The position numbers and the translations under genes are program-made. Shown here one piece after another: positions 1 to 9,756 of a stretch of DNA of 27,605 bases; positions within the stretch are counted from its first letter, which is position 1, and every line of letters starts with the position of its first letter. The notes below the pieces were generated by a model that searched no databases, was not told the DNA's origin, and saw only the letters and a list, made by a program, of their open reading frames with translations. The DNA comes from a virus (Duplodnaviria > Heunggongvirae > Uroviricota > Caudoviricetes), in IMG/VR virus record IMGVR_UViG_2534681674_000034, positions 1-27,605 of that record, one strand, 5' to 3'.

Positions 1-1236
1 CTACGATAACCGCGCATTCAACATGGCTATCTGTTCGTCGTTCATGTCATCAATCCACATACCGTAAATTTCATACACCATCTGCGCAGTTTCATGCCCC
101 ATTTGGCTGGCTATAAATGCCGGGTTCGCTCCTGCCGTCAACAGCCAGCAGGCAAAAGTATGCCGCGTATGGTACGGATTACGACGGCGAATACCAGCAC
201 GTTTTACTGCTGCATTCCACCTTGCCCCCAAACTGCTTACCGAGTAATAAGGTTTTTGTTTTCCGTTACACACCCTGGGCATGAAAACAAAATGCAGTTT
301 TTGCTTTTCGGTTCTGCCGTACTCCCGATGGTAAAAGGTGATTTCGCTTTTGCGATGATGCCCGGTCAGTTTGTATTGCTCCTTCAGTGCTTCAAGAGCA
401 GGCTGCAGTAGTGTTACTGTCCGGATCCCGGCATTTGTTTTTGGGGGACCGAACATATCAAGTATCGTCAGGTTTCTTCTGACATTCACTATTCCCTTTT
501 CGAGATCCACATCCTCCCACGCCAGAGCTGCCAGTTCCCCGTGACGAAGTCCTGAGTAAACGGCAAATTTCCACAAGTTCTGGCTCTGTCCTTTTTCACT
601 TTCCATTAATGCATTGAATTCTGTTTTAGATAACGGATCAGGCTTTATTCTGTTTCGCTGTAATTTTTTTACTCCTTCAAATGGTTTGGTTGATATAAAT
701 CCCGACTGATACGCAAAACGCAACAGCGAACAGAGCAGGGCGATATAGTTATCAACTGTGCGCACGGTTCTTCCTTTTTTGTTGGATCTTGGATTATCCA
801 GGTAAAGCGTTTCTCCATGCAGCAGTTCATTCCGGTAGTTTAAGATATCGCTATAACGAATATGTGATATCGGGGTACTTTCACAAATTATTATTCTGAG
901 TGTTTTTAATTGTGATTTTGTTTTCTTCATTGTGTTTGTTGTTAACTCTGTCTCTTTAATTTTTGTCCAGATATCACAAAGCTCTCCGAACGTTTTTATG
1001 ACTCTCGTTGTCACCATTTTTGCCCCAGTGCTGGACTGGGGAAAACGTCTTAAATACTCAAATTCACCGGAGTTTATTTCATGAACTATCAGCGCTCTTA
1101 AATTTCCGGCCTTTTTAATATTACTGTTTGTAATCTCCCAGCCTTTTAATGTTTCCCGACATCGTTTTCCTCGAAACATGAACCAGATGCGAATGTATCT
1201 ACCTCTAATCTCGACACCTGTTGGTAATTTAGACAT
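1..1236 (-). CDS. intR: Tyrosine integrase (Rac-prophage type), complete
   Basis: 411-aa ORF with C-terminal tyrosine-recombinase-like region (HTRHTFACWLL ... MVYEIY). First gene of an int-xis-ydaC-ralR-recT-recE-racC-ydaE-kilR block. Symbol assigned by synteny. Confidence 0.85.
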   Translation of the reverse strand: MSKLPTGVEIRGRYIRIWFMFRGKRCRETLKGWEITNSNIKKAGNLRALIVHEINSGEFEYLRRFPQSSTGAKMVTTRVIKTFGELCDIWTKIKETELTTNTMKKTKSQLKTLRIIICESTPISHIRYSDILNYRNELLHGETLYLDNPRSNKKGRTVRTVDNYIALLCSLLRFAYQSGFISTKPFEGVKKLQRNRIKPDPLSKTEFNALMESEKGQSQNLWKFAVYSGLRHGELAALAWEDVDLEKGIVNVRRNLTILDMFGPPKTNAGIRTVTLLQPALEALKEQYKLTGHHRKSEITFYHREYGRTEKQKLHFVFMPRVCNGKQKPYYSVSSLGARWNAAVKRAGIRRRNPYHTRHTFACWLLTAGANPAFIASQMGHETAQMVYEIYGMWIDDMNDEQIAMLNARLS

Positions 1237-1237
1237 A

Positions 1238-1477
1238 TCATGAGTCTTTGATAAACTGATTTATCTTTGGATAGTTGTACCAGATAATCCCTCGTTTGCT
1301 GTCTGGCTTACCTAAAGGAGATACTCGTTTGAAGTGGAAGCCCTCCACCCAACAGTTCTGGCGGTATGCTTCAATTTGTCTGGCCCCCAGACCAGTGCGA
1401 AGCATCAGGCCGTATTCAACCATCCACTCTTCATTAAAGATTACTTGTGCCATCGCATCACCTCTGGCAGGCGCCAA
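1238..1477 (-). CDS. Excisionase-like small protein (XisR/YdaQ-like); alternative start at 1453
   Basis: 79-aa ORF immediately upstream of int on the same strand. Identity by position and size only. Confidence 0.55.
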   Translation of the reverse strand: MAPARGDAMAQVIFNEEWMVEYGLMLRTGLGARQIEAYRQNCWVEGFHFKRVSPLGKPDSKRGIIWYNYPKINQFIKDS

Positions 1478-1531
1478 TGTTAGACTGAAATTGACGCCCG
1501 ATGTTGATTATTAATAATCAGCTATGAAGTT

Positions 1532-1741
1532 TTAATTTGAATACAATGCAATTCTCGAGGACTGAAGTTTCTCGCAATTAAAATTTATCAGTTTTACTTT
1601 CTGCTCTCTGGAAACGCCTGCTTCTTTTTTACCTGAGAGCATTTTTTCGCATTCTGATTTCGTTAGTTTAGATTTTGAATATCTTGTCCAGTTAGTAGGA
1701 GTGCCACCTTCCTTTTCAATAGTGGCGGTAATTTTATACAT
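1532..1741 (-). CDS. ydaC: YdaC-like small protein, 69 aa
   Basis: Translation MYKITATIEKEGG... Start chosen at the ATG preceded by GGAGGT (5-6 nt spacing) rather than the longer track ORF. Confidence 0.65.
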   Translation of the reverse strand: MYKITATIEKEGGTPTNWTRYSKSKLTKSECEKMLSGKKEAGVSREQKVKLINFNCEKLQSSRIALYSN

Positions 1742-1928
1742 GAACACCTCCATTATTATTTCCAGTGGTTCGTTTATTCCATCTTTCGAGTGCTTCTTTT
1801 TCACTTCCACCATAACCGGTTCGGGATTCGCATCCGTTACACTTCGCTCGGTAATATCCTGAAATGGCTTTCACCGTTACTGATGGACAACCACAAAATG
1901 GACATGGTTTAACATTGTCATATCTCAT
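1734..1928 (-). CDS. ralR: RalR/Lar restriction-alleviation protein (type I toxin family), 64 aa
   Basis: Translation MRYDNVKPCPFCGCPSVTVKAISGYYRAKCNGCESRTGYGG... recognised as Lar/RalR. Cys-rich zinc-ribbon-like. Confidence 0.8.
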   Translation of the reverse strand: MRYDNVKPCPFCGCPSVTVKAISGYYRAKCNGCESRTGYGGSEKEALERWNKRTTGNNNGGVHV

Positions 1929-1984
1929 AATTTTTCTCATAAAAAATATTTCAAGTTGGCGGTGCATTACACCGCCTGGCTGAA

Positions 1985-2794
1985 TTATTCTTCTGAATTA
2001 TCGATTACACTGTATTCCCCGGTTAATACAGAGGAGTCTGCCGGATCGATTGTCAGTGGTTCCTTTTCATCCATTGATACTGCACGCTGGATTTCAATTG
2101 AGACAGGCAGGTATTTAAACAGGCGACGAATAGCCGTTTTTTTTGCCATTTCTTCCCAGTGAGTTACCCACGGCCCGTTATTACCTGCCTTACTCTGGCT
2201 GCGCACCAGTTCAATCTGTTTGCGCGTCATAACTTCAAACTGAGTCCCTCCGTCTTTCAGTCTTGCGACAGCATAGACGTGGGTCACTGGTGCATCTTCG
2301 TTTTCTCCCGGGCGGTGTATTAACTTTTCATCAAGGCCAAATTCGAAGCTAAACTCGTCACCTTCACGGACAACACGGGCTGACAGGCTGGCGATTTGAC
2401 CAGAACGGCGAGCCAGATCAATCATGCCGCGATAGCCAATGATTAGCTGAACGTTCTTTTTACCGCTCTTTTCGTTTTTATTACCAAAAGGCAGTAAATA
2501 TGCGTGGCCAAGGGCGCTACCTGGCTCAAGGCCGAGCTGTGAACACTGTACGATTGCACTGACAAAACTCATAGTGTCACAGTTTCCTAACGCTGGAACT
2601 TTACGAATTTCTGTGGTGGCGATACGGATCATACGTTCAGCCGTCATATGGCGTGGAAGAGCTGCTGCCAGTTGCTCTTTCATTGATGGCTGGTTAATAA
2701 AACTAATCACGTCGTTATTTTTAACTGCTGCTGGTGCACGGTTTCCCTGAGTTTTTTGCAGATCGGCTTTTGCGATTGGTGGTTGCTTAGTCAT
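1985..2794 (-). CDS. recT: RecT single-strand annealing protein, 269 aa
   Basis: Translation from [41 protein letters not shown]... matches RecT from memory. AAGGAA SD 7-8 nt upstream of ATG at 2794. Start overlaps recE stop. Confidence 0.93.
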   Translation of the reverse strand: MTKQPPIAKADLQKTQGNRAPAAVKNNDVISFINQPSMKEQLAAALPRHMTAERMIRIATTEIRKVPALGNCDTMSFVSAIVQCSQLGLEPGSALGHAYLLPFGNKNEKSGKKNVQLIIGYRGMIDLARRSGQIASLSARVVREGDEFSFEFGLDEKLIHRPGENEDAPVTHVYAVARLKDGGTQFEVMTRKQIELVRSQSKAGNNGPWVTHWEEMAKKTAIRRLFKYLPVSIEIQRAVSMDEKEPLTIDPADSSVLTGEYSVIDNSEE

Positions 2795-4253
2795 TTGCAT
2801 ATTCCTTAGCCCAGCGGGGCAGTGATAACGTCTTAATAGCTGGCCATTCATCGGTATTGAGGCAGTCAGCCAGGGTCCTCAGATTGCGGTGATATTCCTG
2901 CTGGCCTGCCAGTTTTGCTTCTTCGCCCATCATGAAAATCTCAATCGGGTAACGTCCGCATTCAACAGTTGTGCTGGCAACCAGAAAAACGAAAGTTGGC
3001 AGCACACCAAACTGTGCTTCATAACCGTCACTGTAGAATGCATCCTGAACGTGATAGCGGTAGTCGTAATAAGCCGTTTTGAATCGTTGAATATCCGCTG
3101 TGGTTTTCACGTCCATGATCCAGTGAAATTCAGGAATAATTTTGTCCGGACGGCACCGACACAAAATTCCTGTTTCCGGATCTTCCCAGTAAATTGATGA
3201 TTCAGCGTGTCCGGCGCTTTCCACAAGCCATTGACCCAGCGGCAAAGCCATAACGCTCTGATACATGAGTTCAATTTTCCGGCCTTCTTCGGCAGTGATA
3301 ACCGTTTTTCCTGTGTTTGCGCATTCCATCAGAAACGCTTTCTCTTCTTCTTTTCCGGCGTTTGTACGGCGGTTAAATTCAGGTGCTACGATAAAGCGGT
3401 TACTGAATTCTTCCGGTTCAAGTACACGGCAGTGGAAAGCGGTTCCTAAATCGAGCGTTTTTGTCTTTGTGGTGTCCACAGGGGCATTTTTACGCCACAA
3501 ATACAGCGCCGGAGTATCAGCAATGTCGTCGAGCTGAGACTTACTGACACCGGGTCCCGCGTGGTAATTCTCATTCGAAATTCCGTAATAAATACCAGGC
3601 TCTATGTCTCCTGCGATTACGGGATCTGCGACTTCGCCAGTTTCATCACTGCAATCGCGATGCAGATCGCTGCCAGCATTCTCATTGTGCGGATGTTCAG
3701 GGCCTTCCATTTCCTCCGGCTCTTTTTCCTGAGATTCATCCAGATTTTCTTCATTAAAGGTTTCCTGATACGTTGCGTCGCCCATCACCGCGCCACAGTC
3801 AGGACAGTTGCCGCCGCCAGCCTGACCGCAGGCGGTGCAAACTTTCTCCGTTTCCTGTTGTTGCACTACTGGCTCAGGCTGTTTCGTTTCTGGCTCGTTT
3901 TGTAACGCATTTTGGCTGTTTTGTTCCGCTTTCTGGTCGTTTTGTTCCGATTCGGGCTGGTTCTGGTTCACAGAATCGCGGGTTTCAATCCCCTTAACCC
4001 ATTTCGGATCATTCGGGTCGCTAATTCCGTCAACGAACTCACCGCGATGGACTGCCAGTATTTTGTCGGCATCAGGCTGGTTGATATTGGCTGCCTGCAT
4101 AATTTTGTTTACTTCGTCAGCGGTAACTTTTACCTGATTAACCGGATTTATCTGTGCCTGAGTATCCAGCGATTGTGTGTCCTGGCGATATTCAGTTGTA
4201 TCCTGTCCCATTGCTTCAGTCGTTGCCTGTTCATCTGCCATTGCGTCAGACGG
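2787..4253 (-). pseudogene. recE: recE 3' portion (exonuclease VIII C-terminal nuclease region), cut off from its 5' portion by an IS
   Basis: Reading frame is open from the IS boundary to the stop at 2787-2789. First in-frame ATG at 4241 (track ORF 484 aa). Translation continues the RecE sequence of the upstream fragment. Confidence 0.85.
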
Positions 4254-4295
4254 TGAACCGCCCCGGGTTTCCTGGAGAGTATTTTATCTGTGAAC

Positions 4296-5186
4296 TCAGG
4301 CTGCCAGATCATTATTTCCGATGGAAGCATAATAAGCTTTTTCTGCTTCTGCCGGAGGAATATGGCCCAGCCTTTCCAGCAATCGTCGATTGTTATACCA
4401 GTCCACCCACGTTAGTGTGGCCAGTTCCACTTCTGTCCGGTTTTTCCAGCTATTACGGTGTATTACCTCCGCTTTGTAAAGACCATTGATGCTCTCAGCC
4501 ATCGCGTTGTCATACGAGTCGCCAGTACTCCCTGTTGATGCCAGTAATCCGGCTTCCTTAAGCCGCTGCGTGTAGGCCAGCGATACATACTGAGAACCTT
4601 TATCACTGTGATGGATTGTGCCGGACGGCCGACGGGCCCACAACGCCTGCTCCAGTGCATCCAGCACGAATGTTGTTTCCATGGATGATGAGACCTGCCA
4701 TCCCACGATGTATCCGGCGAACACATCAATGATGAACGCCACATAAACGAAGCCCTGCCATGTGCTTACCCAGGTAAAATCAGCCACCCACAACTGGTCT
4801 GGACGTTCTGCCACGAACTGACGGTTTACGCGGTCGCATGCGGCAACGGCTTTCCGGCTGACGGTAGTGCGGACCTTTTTACCCCGGAGAACACCGGCAA
4901 GTCCCATAACTGCCATGAGACGTGCCACAGTGCATCTGGCCACTCTGATACCTTCCCGTAACAACTGACGCCAGACTTTACGCACACCGTATACCTGGTG
5001 ATTTTCATCGTATACGCGCTGTATCTCTTTCTTCAGCCAGTCATCGTGCTGCGCACGGGCACTGCGTTTATCCGGATGATGTCGCTGTTGCTGACAATGG
5101 TAATACGTTGACGGGGCAATATGCAGTTCGCTGCATACCGGTCCGACCCCGTACTGCTCACGCAGCTTATCCAGCAGTGGCATCAT
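4296..5186 (-). CDS. IS3-family transposase OrfB (DDE catalytic part), presumably made as OrfAB fusion by -1 frameshift
   Basis: 296-aa [19 protein letters not shown]... recognised as IS629-type OrfB. Overlaps orfA at GGAAAAAATGATG. Confidence 0.9.
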   Translation of the reverse strand: MMPLLDKLREQYGVGPVCSELHIAPSTYYHCQQQRHHPDKRSARAQHDDWLKKEIQRVYDENHQVYGVRKVWRQLLREGIRVARCTVARLMAVMGLAGVLRGKKVRTTVSRKAVAACDRVNRQFVAERPDQLWVADFTWVSTWQGFVYVAFIIDVFAGYIVGWQVSSSMETTFVLDALEQALWARRPSGTIHHSDKGSQYVSLAYTQRLKEAGLLASTGSTGDSYDNAMAESINGLYKAEVIHRNSWKNRTEVELATLTWVDWYNNRRLLERLGHIPPAEAEKAYYASIGNNDLAA

Positions 5187-5509
5187 TTTTTCCAGAGGCG
5201 GTCGAACTCCGCCTTCGCAAAATAAGCGGAAGCCTGGCGAAGGATATCGTTACTGCGGCGCAGTTCACGATTTTCACGTTCCAGCTCTTTCAGACGCTGA
5301 CGTTCAGCGCTGGTGAGCCCACCATCACCGCCCCCGGTATCCCGCTCATGCTGGCGAACCCAGACACGCAGAGTCTCCGGCGTACAGCCAATCTTTGGGG
5401 CAATGGAACAAATTGCCGCCCACTGTGAGTCATATTCATCCTGACTTTCCAGAACCATACGAATCGCCCGCTGACGGACTTCGGGGGAAAAACGAGTATT
5501 TTTAGTCAT
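5183..5509 (-). CDS. IS3-family transposase OrfA (HTH part)
   Basis: 108-aa [26 protein letters not shown]... recognised as IS629-type OrfA. Ends in an A6 run where orfB begins. Confidence 0.9.
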   Translation of the reverse strand: MTKNTRFSPEVRQRAIRMVLESQDEYDSQWAAICSIAPKIGCTPETLRVWVRQHERDTGGGDGGLTSAERQRLKELERENRELRRSNDILRQASAYFAKAEFDRLWKK

Positions 5510-5563
5510 CCTGTTTACCTCTTTCTCAGGGAGTTTAGTCTCCAGGATTTCCGGGGCGGTTCA

Positions 5564-6790
5564 CGGTTGTGATTTTTCCTCATTATTTTTTTCTTCTTCT
5601 GTTTCGCGTTTAGCAGCCAGTTCGCGGTTAACTTCTTCCAGGATATCTTTTTCCGGTGTATGTCGTGCAGCAGCGAGAGTTTCCTCGGTAGGGTTCTCGT
5701 GATCAGTCTCCGTTAAATAGGCGTTGATATACCCCTGAAGGCGTCCCGGGTAATGATAAAACTCAGGGTGTGCGCTCCGGATAAGTGCAAAAATAGCGGC
5801 GCGGGAATAATCCAGGATACCCGGGATTGCGCGAAGTGCTGCGGACCATTCTTTGAACGGACTTTCTTTCTTCCGGACGACTTCTTTTGCGCGACGATAA
5901 ACGCTGCCCGGAATTTCATAAATATTAAAATCCATCGGAAGTGTGGCCGCTGCAATCTCCACATCCAGCGTATCGAAGGTGTGTACTAAATTCGGATTGC
6001 GATCGGTTTTGTTCCCTCCACCGGCATTAGCACCGGAAGCCGTGCGGGTGATGCGTGAAACACGATTTCCTTTCATCCACTCTTTTGTCAGCAGACCGCG
6101 ATCGGTGTAGTCAGCGCCCAGGTATGCTTCGAAAAAAGCAGTCATTAGCCCTAGGCCTGAATTGCCAGGATTAGGGAAAACTTTGTCAGTATCACGCACC
6201 AGTTTGTGGAGATCGCGAATTTCCAGCGGATCGAGCAGGCTGGTTTTGTGGGAAACAGCCAGGGCAGTAACAGCTGGTAGTTCCTCAGCCCGTGCAATGT
6301 GTAATGCCTGGAGTTCGTCGCGTGAAACGTGCGTTACCGGTTTTTCGCTGCCGTGTTGAGCAAGCCAGCGAATGGGCAACTCCTGGCCAGAAATCGGGAG
6401 TAGCATATTCTCCTCAATCTCCGTCATGTCTTCGCCATTAACATTGGTGTTGTCAGTGCTGGCTGGTTTGCCCTGCGCAGAGGGTGAGGGCGCGATAAAT
6501 ACCATTGTGATGCCATCTTCCCCGCCTTTTTCGTAACGGTTGCAGAATTCCGTATCAAATACGCCTTCTGGCGGGAGGTCATCAACAACGGGCAAATTGA
6601 CGCGAACAGGTTTTTTGAAGTCATCTTCATCGTAGCCAGCATCGTCAATCGCAACAGCACCACGGGAGATGGCAATGGATAATTTTTTCGCTTCAGCCCA
6701 GTAAAAACCGCCTTTAATACCGAGACGTTTTCTTACTTTGTCATTTTTTGCTTCGTAATACAGTGGGTAAACTTGTTTATCGGTGCTCAT
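5564..6790 (-). pseudogene. recE: recE 5' portion (N-terminal ~409 codons), terminating at the TGA formed by the IS end
   Basis: Translation ...[45 protein letters not shown]... matches the RecE N-terminal region from memory. Stop codon is the first three bases of the IS inverted repeat. Confidence 0.85.
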
Positions 6791-6890
6791 TGTTTTTTAA
6801 CCTCAACTCAGATTAAAATTCGTTTGTTCAGTGAATAATCTTGCCGGATACACACTGTTCATAGCCTGCGCCATACGCAGGCTATTTCTT

Positions 6891-7166
6891 TCAGATTTCA
6901 CCTTTTAATTTCATTGCAATCAGAGTTGCCAGAAATTCGGCTTTTTTTTCTGCGGGCAGATTCTTTCCGGTATGCACCAGGCACATTTTTTTGACGCCTT
7001 CGTTAAGCGTTTTAACGTTGCCTGATGGACCGTCGATATCAACCACAGTGAAAGGGGTTTCTTTATTTTCTGTTTTAATCACGTAGCCAATACGCTTTCC
7101 TTCCAGGCTGACTTCGTGAACAATGTCATCAGTAGTAACAACAGTGGCTTCATAACTGGTAATCAT
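6891..7166 (-). CDS. racC: RacC-like protein, 91 aa
   Basis: Translation MITSYEATVVTTDDIVHEVSLEGKRIGYVIKTENKETPF... AGGAG SD upstream of ATG at 7166. Confidence 0.8.
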   Translation of the reverse strand: MITSYEATVVTTDDIVHEVSLEGKRIGYVIKTENKETPFTVVDIDGPSGNVKTLNEGVKKMCLVHTGKNLPAEKKAEFLATLIAMKLKGEI

Positions 7167-7240
7167 GTTTTTCTCCTTAATTAAGGTTGAGCGAATCCCT
7201 GCCATTGCTGGCATAAATTCAGTTTCGGATAGTCAGTTAA

Positions 7241-7411
7241 TTAAAGTTCGTGTGCCATCTGGTCTTTTTCGGCACAGATTTCACTACAATATTTTTTCAT
7301 TTCCGTCGTTGGTATAACTCCACGCATGAAATGAAGTGGTCTTGTAATGATTTTGCTTTCTTCAATTTCTTTATTGCAAAGGTGATAAGCACATTTTATT
7401 TTCTTAGTCAT
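7241..7411 (-). CDS. ydaE: YdaE-like small Cys-rich protein, 56 aa (below the 60-aa cutoff of the supplied ORF track)
   Basis: Hand translation [56 protein letters not shown]. Start ATG overlaps the kilR stop (TAATG). Confidence 0.65.
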   Translation of the reverse strand: MTKKIKCAYHLCNKEIEESKIITRPLHFMRGVIPTTEMKKYCSEICAEKDQMAHEL

Positions 7412-7632
7412 TACCATGACTCCGCCTTTACAGGTAAACCATCACGACCGAGGAAGACTTTAATCATGCAGTCAGAAATGCATGTTTTTGTAGTCAGGTT
7501 ACGAATATAAAGTTTTCGCTTTTTAATATTGTTTGCCGAGGCGATATATGTCCGACCTTCATGAAGAACATAATCGCCAGGAGTCACACACTGACGTGGT
7601 ATTTCATCAGTTACGAAGTGATGAGCAATCAT
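7411..7632 (-). CDS. kilR: Kil-type host-killing / cell-division inhibitor protein, 73 aa
   Basis: Translation [49 protein letters not shown]... recognised as KilR. GGAGA SD 6 nt upstream. Confidence 0.85.
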   Translation of the reverse strand: MIAHHFVTDEIPRQCVTPGDYVLHEGRTYIASANNIKKRKLYIRNLTTKTCISDCMIKVFLGRDGLPVKAESW

Positions 7633-8205
7633 AATTATCTCCATTTTTACAAATGAATTTTGTCGATGCGGTGCCTGGTGCCTCCAGGTGACGTTAACCA
7701 GTTAACAATTAACGCCGGATACAGAGAATCCACCCATAACACTGTTTTTGGTTTTAACTGTTCCGCGTGCGCTTAGCCGCATTCACCGCATCACAAAATT
7801 CACTTTAAAAAGGGCGGCAGAGCAGTCACGGAGTAAAACTGATACCGCCAAACGTCACCAGAAAATTGATAACAGAGGGCGTTGCAGCGGGGTTGTCACT
7901 TAAGCGTATGGTCAACCTGACAACCCGGTGTCCTCAACGGGGGAAGGAATAACCCCGCCATACTTACCGCCGCGCCATTTCGCGGATTGCCACAACCGGA
8001 AGCGCACGGTCGACGAAAATTTAACGACAGGCTATCTATGAACCAGCTACCTCGCCGTGCGCTTTCGCGTTATGGTCTGACTTTTCAGGGAAATATCCTT
8101 TCAGTAAACTGTCAGTGCCGGATGCTCACCCGTGTCCGGCGCACGCACTCCACCTCACCCGTGGAGAACTACTTAATTACCAACCTTAGCTTCGTTGGTT
8201 AGCTA

Positions 8206-8424
8206 TTAACGCGGGTATGTAATCATTCTGGCAATGCTTAATGCCGCTGCTTTTTCCAGATTGGTGATATCCTGCTCCAGAGCGGACAGATTTTCAGCCT
8301 GCTTAGCCCTGGCTTCATTAGCCCATTTCAGATCCTGCGCTGCATTAATTTTCTGGCGCATCCACTCATAAAGTTCATCATCGGTATAGTCTGGCGAGAT
8401 GATGACGGGTTCTCGTTTCTGCAT
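8206..8424 (-). CDS. Hypothetical early-left-operon protein, 72 aa
   Basis: ORF with GAGGA SD 7 nt upstream. No family recognised. Confidence 0.5.
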   Translation of the reverse strand: MQKREPVIISPDYTDDELYEWMRQKINAAQDLKWANEARAKQAENLSALEQDITNLEKAAALSIARMITYPR

Positions 8425-8453
8425 ACTGATTCCTCGCGGTGCTGCTTCGCTTA

Positions 8454-8582
8454 TCAGCCGTTAGATTTTGCCGAGCTGGAAAGCGCCTGTTTAAACTCAC
8501 TGAAGCTGAGAGCTTCTTCGCCTTCGGCAAGGCCTTCGAAGTATTCTTCGTAAGCCTTTTCCATGATTGTGTCGAAATCCAT
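8454..8582 (-). CDS. YdaG-like small acidic protein, 42 aa (below ORF-track cutoff)
   Basis: Hand translation MDFDTIMEKAYEEYFEGLAEGEEALSFSEFKQALSSSAKSNG. AGGTGA SD. Directly follows the DUF1391-like gene. Confidence 0.5.
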   Translation of the reverse strand: MDFDTIMEKAYEEYFEGLAEGEEALSFSEFKQALSSSAKSNG

Positions 8583-8583
8583 A

Positions 8584-8739
8584 TCACTCACCTGAGTTTC
8601 TTTCCAGCCAGCGACGGGCACCATTTTCGGTTTTAAACGTTTTGCTTTTGGTATACGTCATCGCGGTGAATGTGCCGTCCTGGTTGGGAAACACGCCGTA
8701 CACCAGAGATTCATTGTTGCCAAGATCGATAGTATCCAT
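8584..8739 (-). CDS. DUF1391-like small protein (YdaF/YdfA-like), 51 aa; in-frame upstream ATG at 8826 would give 80 aa
   Basis: Translation MDTIDLGNNESLVYGVFPNQDGTFTAMTYTKSKTFKTENGARRWLERNSGE. First gene downstream of the predicted PL. Confidence 0.6.
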   Translation of the reverse strand: MDTIDLGNNESLVYGVFPNQDGTFTAMTYTKSKTFKTENGARRWLERNSGE

Positions 8740-8920
8740 GCTGACCTCATTTCCCCTTAACGCCGGGGTAGCGGAACTAAAAAACTGCTGCGCTGTTATA
8801 TAAAGTGTTCCCGCCGTCATGTTCATACGCCTCGGGCTGGCTACTTAACCCCTGACCACTGCCGGGTAACTCGAGGTATTGCCCGACGTTCTGTGGGGCG
8901 AGGTAGGGTGGTATGTAATA

Positions 8921-8963
8921 AATCTAAAAGTATTTAGTTTTTCAGTCAAGATAAATCTAGATT
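8921..8963 (-). promoter_or_regulatory. PL-like leftward promoter with overlapping operator sites
   Basis: On minus strand TTGACT-N17-TAGATT. Operator-like AATCTAAAAGTATTTAG at 8921-8937 and perfect palindrome AATCTAGATT at 8954-8963. Confidence 0.5.
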
Positions 8964-8965
8964 AA

Positions 8966-8993
8966 TTTAAAAAAAAGGTCGGCATTGCCGACC
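8966..8993 (-). terminator. Intrinsic terminator downstream of the repressor gene
   Basis: Inverted repeat GGTCGGCA/TGCCGACC, followed on the minus strand by a run of 8 T. Confidence 0.5.
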
Positions 8994-9014
8994 TCAAGTA
9001 AAGGACGTGGCGGG

Positions 9015-9662
9015 TTATAAGTTGAACTGTACACCTTTTGCTACGGCAACAATTTTACACTCTGGTGTAAGTAAGGATGACTGATAGCGTGGATTGAGAG
9101 GGCTTAAATACACAAGCTTCCCATCAATAACTAATTTCTTTATAGTCATAGATGGTTCATTTTTAAGCGGATCCGGAACTATTACAGCGACGATGCTGCC
9201 ATTTTTATAACTTTCTCCTGGCCTTAGGATCACAGTAGCACCAACTGGGATACTCGGTGATCCTGATGGGTTATGCATTGTGTCATCAGGCATTGAAACG
9301 GCAAAATCACCTTCCTCGACATCAAAGAATGTGGTGATCCTATCGACATTTCCCATTGTTTTCTCTCCTTTTAAGATTAGGAAAGAAATCGCCTCACCCC
9401 ACGAAAGGTAGGGGATCTTGGTGCCTGAGGTACTTTGTACAAAAGATAATTCAGGAGACGATACTCCATATAGGAGATAGGACTCAGTAGTTCCTAATGC
9501 CTGGGCTAACTTACTTAGAGCTTTGCTACCTGGTTCGTTTAGATCTTTCTCCCAGTACCCTATAGTAACCCCAGTCACGCCTGAAAGCTTACCCAGTTCT
9601 ACTTGGGTCAGCCCCTTATCTTTTCTAAGTCTCTTAAGCCTGATGCCAAGGCTTTCCATCAT
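9015..9662 (-). CDS. CI-like prophage repressor (N-terminal HTH-XRE, C-terminal S24 LexA-like autopeptidase)
   Basis: Translation has an HTH region (GLTQVELGKLSGVTGVTIGYWE) and a C-terminal S24-like region. Start set at the first ATG (9662) with AGGAGA upstream; the track ORF starts at a TTG at 9674. Confidence 0.85.
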   Translation of the reverse strand: MMESLGIRLKRLRKDKGLTQVELGKLSGVTGVTIGYWEKDLNEPGSKALSKLAQALGTTESYLLYGVSSPELSFVQSTSGTKIPYLSWGEAISFLILKGEKTMGNVDRITTFFDVEEGDFAVSMPDDTMHNPSGSPSIPVGATVILRPGESYKNGSIVAVIVPDPLKNEPSMTIKKLVIDGKLVYLSPLNPRYQSSLLTPECKIVAVAKGVQFNL

Positions 9663-9689
9663 TTTCTCCTGCAAATTGAATATAAATTA

Positions 9690-9745
9690 TTTTAGATTGC
9701 ATTGACCTAAAAAAAATTATCTTGTAATCTAAAAATACTTAGATT
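9690..9745 (+). promoter_or_regulatory. PR-like rightward promoter and operators (divergent from repressor gene)
   Basis: TTGACC (9702-9707)-N17-TAATCT (9725-9730). Operator-like AATCTAAAAATACTTAGATT at 9726-9745 and half-site TTTTAGATT at 9690-9698. Same half-site family as on the PL side. Confidence 0.5.
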
Positions 9746-9756
9746 TAGGAGGTAAA

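Larger units (their letters stand above)
4254..5563 (-). mobile_element. IS3-family insertion sequence (IS629/IS1203-like), 1310 bp
   Basis: Terminal inverted repeats begin TGAACCGCCCCGG at both ends (4254 on plus strand, 5563 on minus strand). Flanked by CGG at 4251-4253 and 5564-5566. Contains overlapping orfA/orfB. Confidence 0.9.

Noticed and set aside
2889-4256. Several plus-strand ORFs (102, 80, 90, 114, 74, 100, 114 aa) within the recE region
   Set aside because: All lie antisense to the well-supported recE coding sequence and have low-complexity F/L/C/R-rich translations without SD sequences. Treated as antisense artefacts.
7250-7510. Plus-strand 86-aa ORF
   Set aside because: Overlaps ydaE and kilR on the opposite strand and has no SD. 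The minus-strand genes have recognisable products.
7987-8202. Plus-strand 71-aa ORF as a possible sieB
   Set aside because: Far too short for the ~160-aa SieB, no hydrophobic segments, Arg-rich low-complexity translation.
8378-8587. Minus-strand 69-aa ORF
   Set aside because: R/S-rich translation, overlaps the better-supported 72-aa gene, and a different frame gives the YdaG-like 42-aa protein with a good SD.
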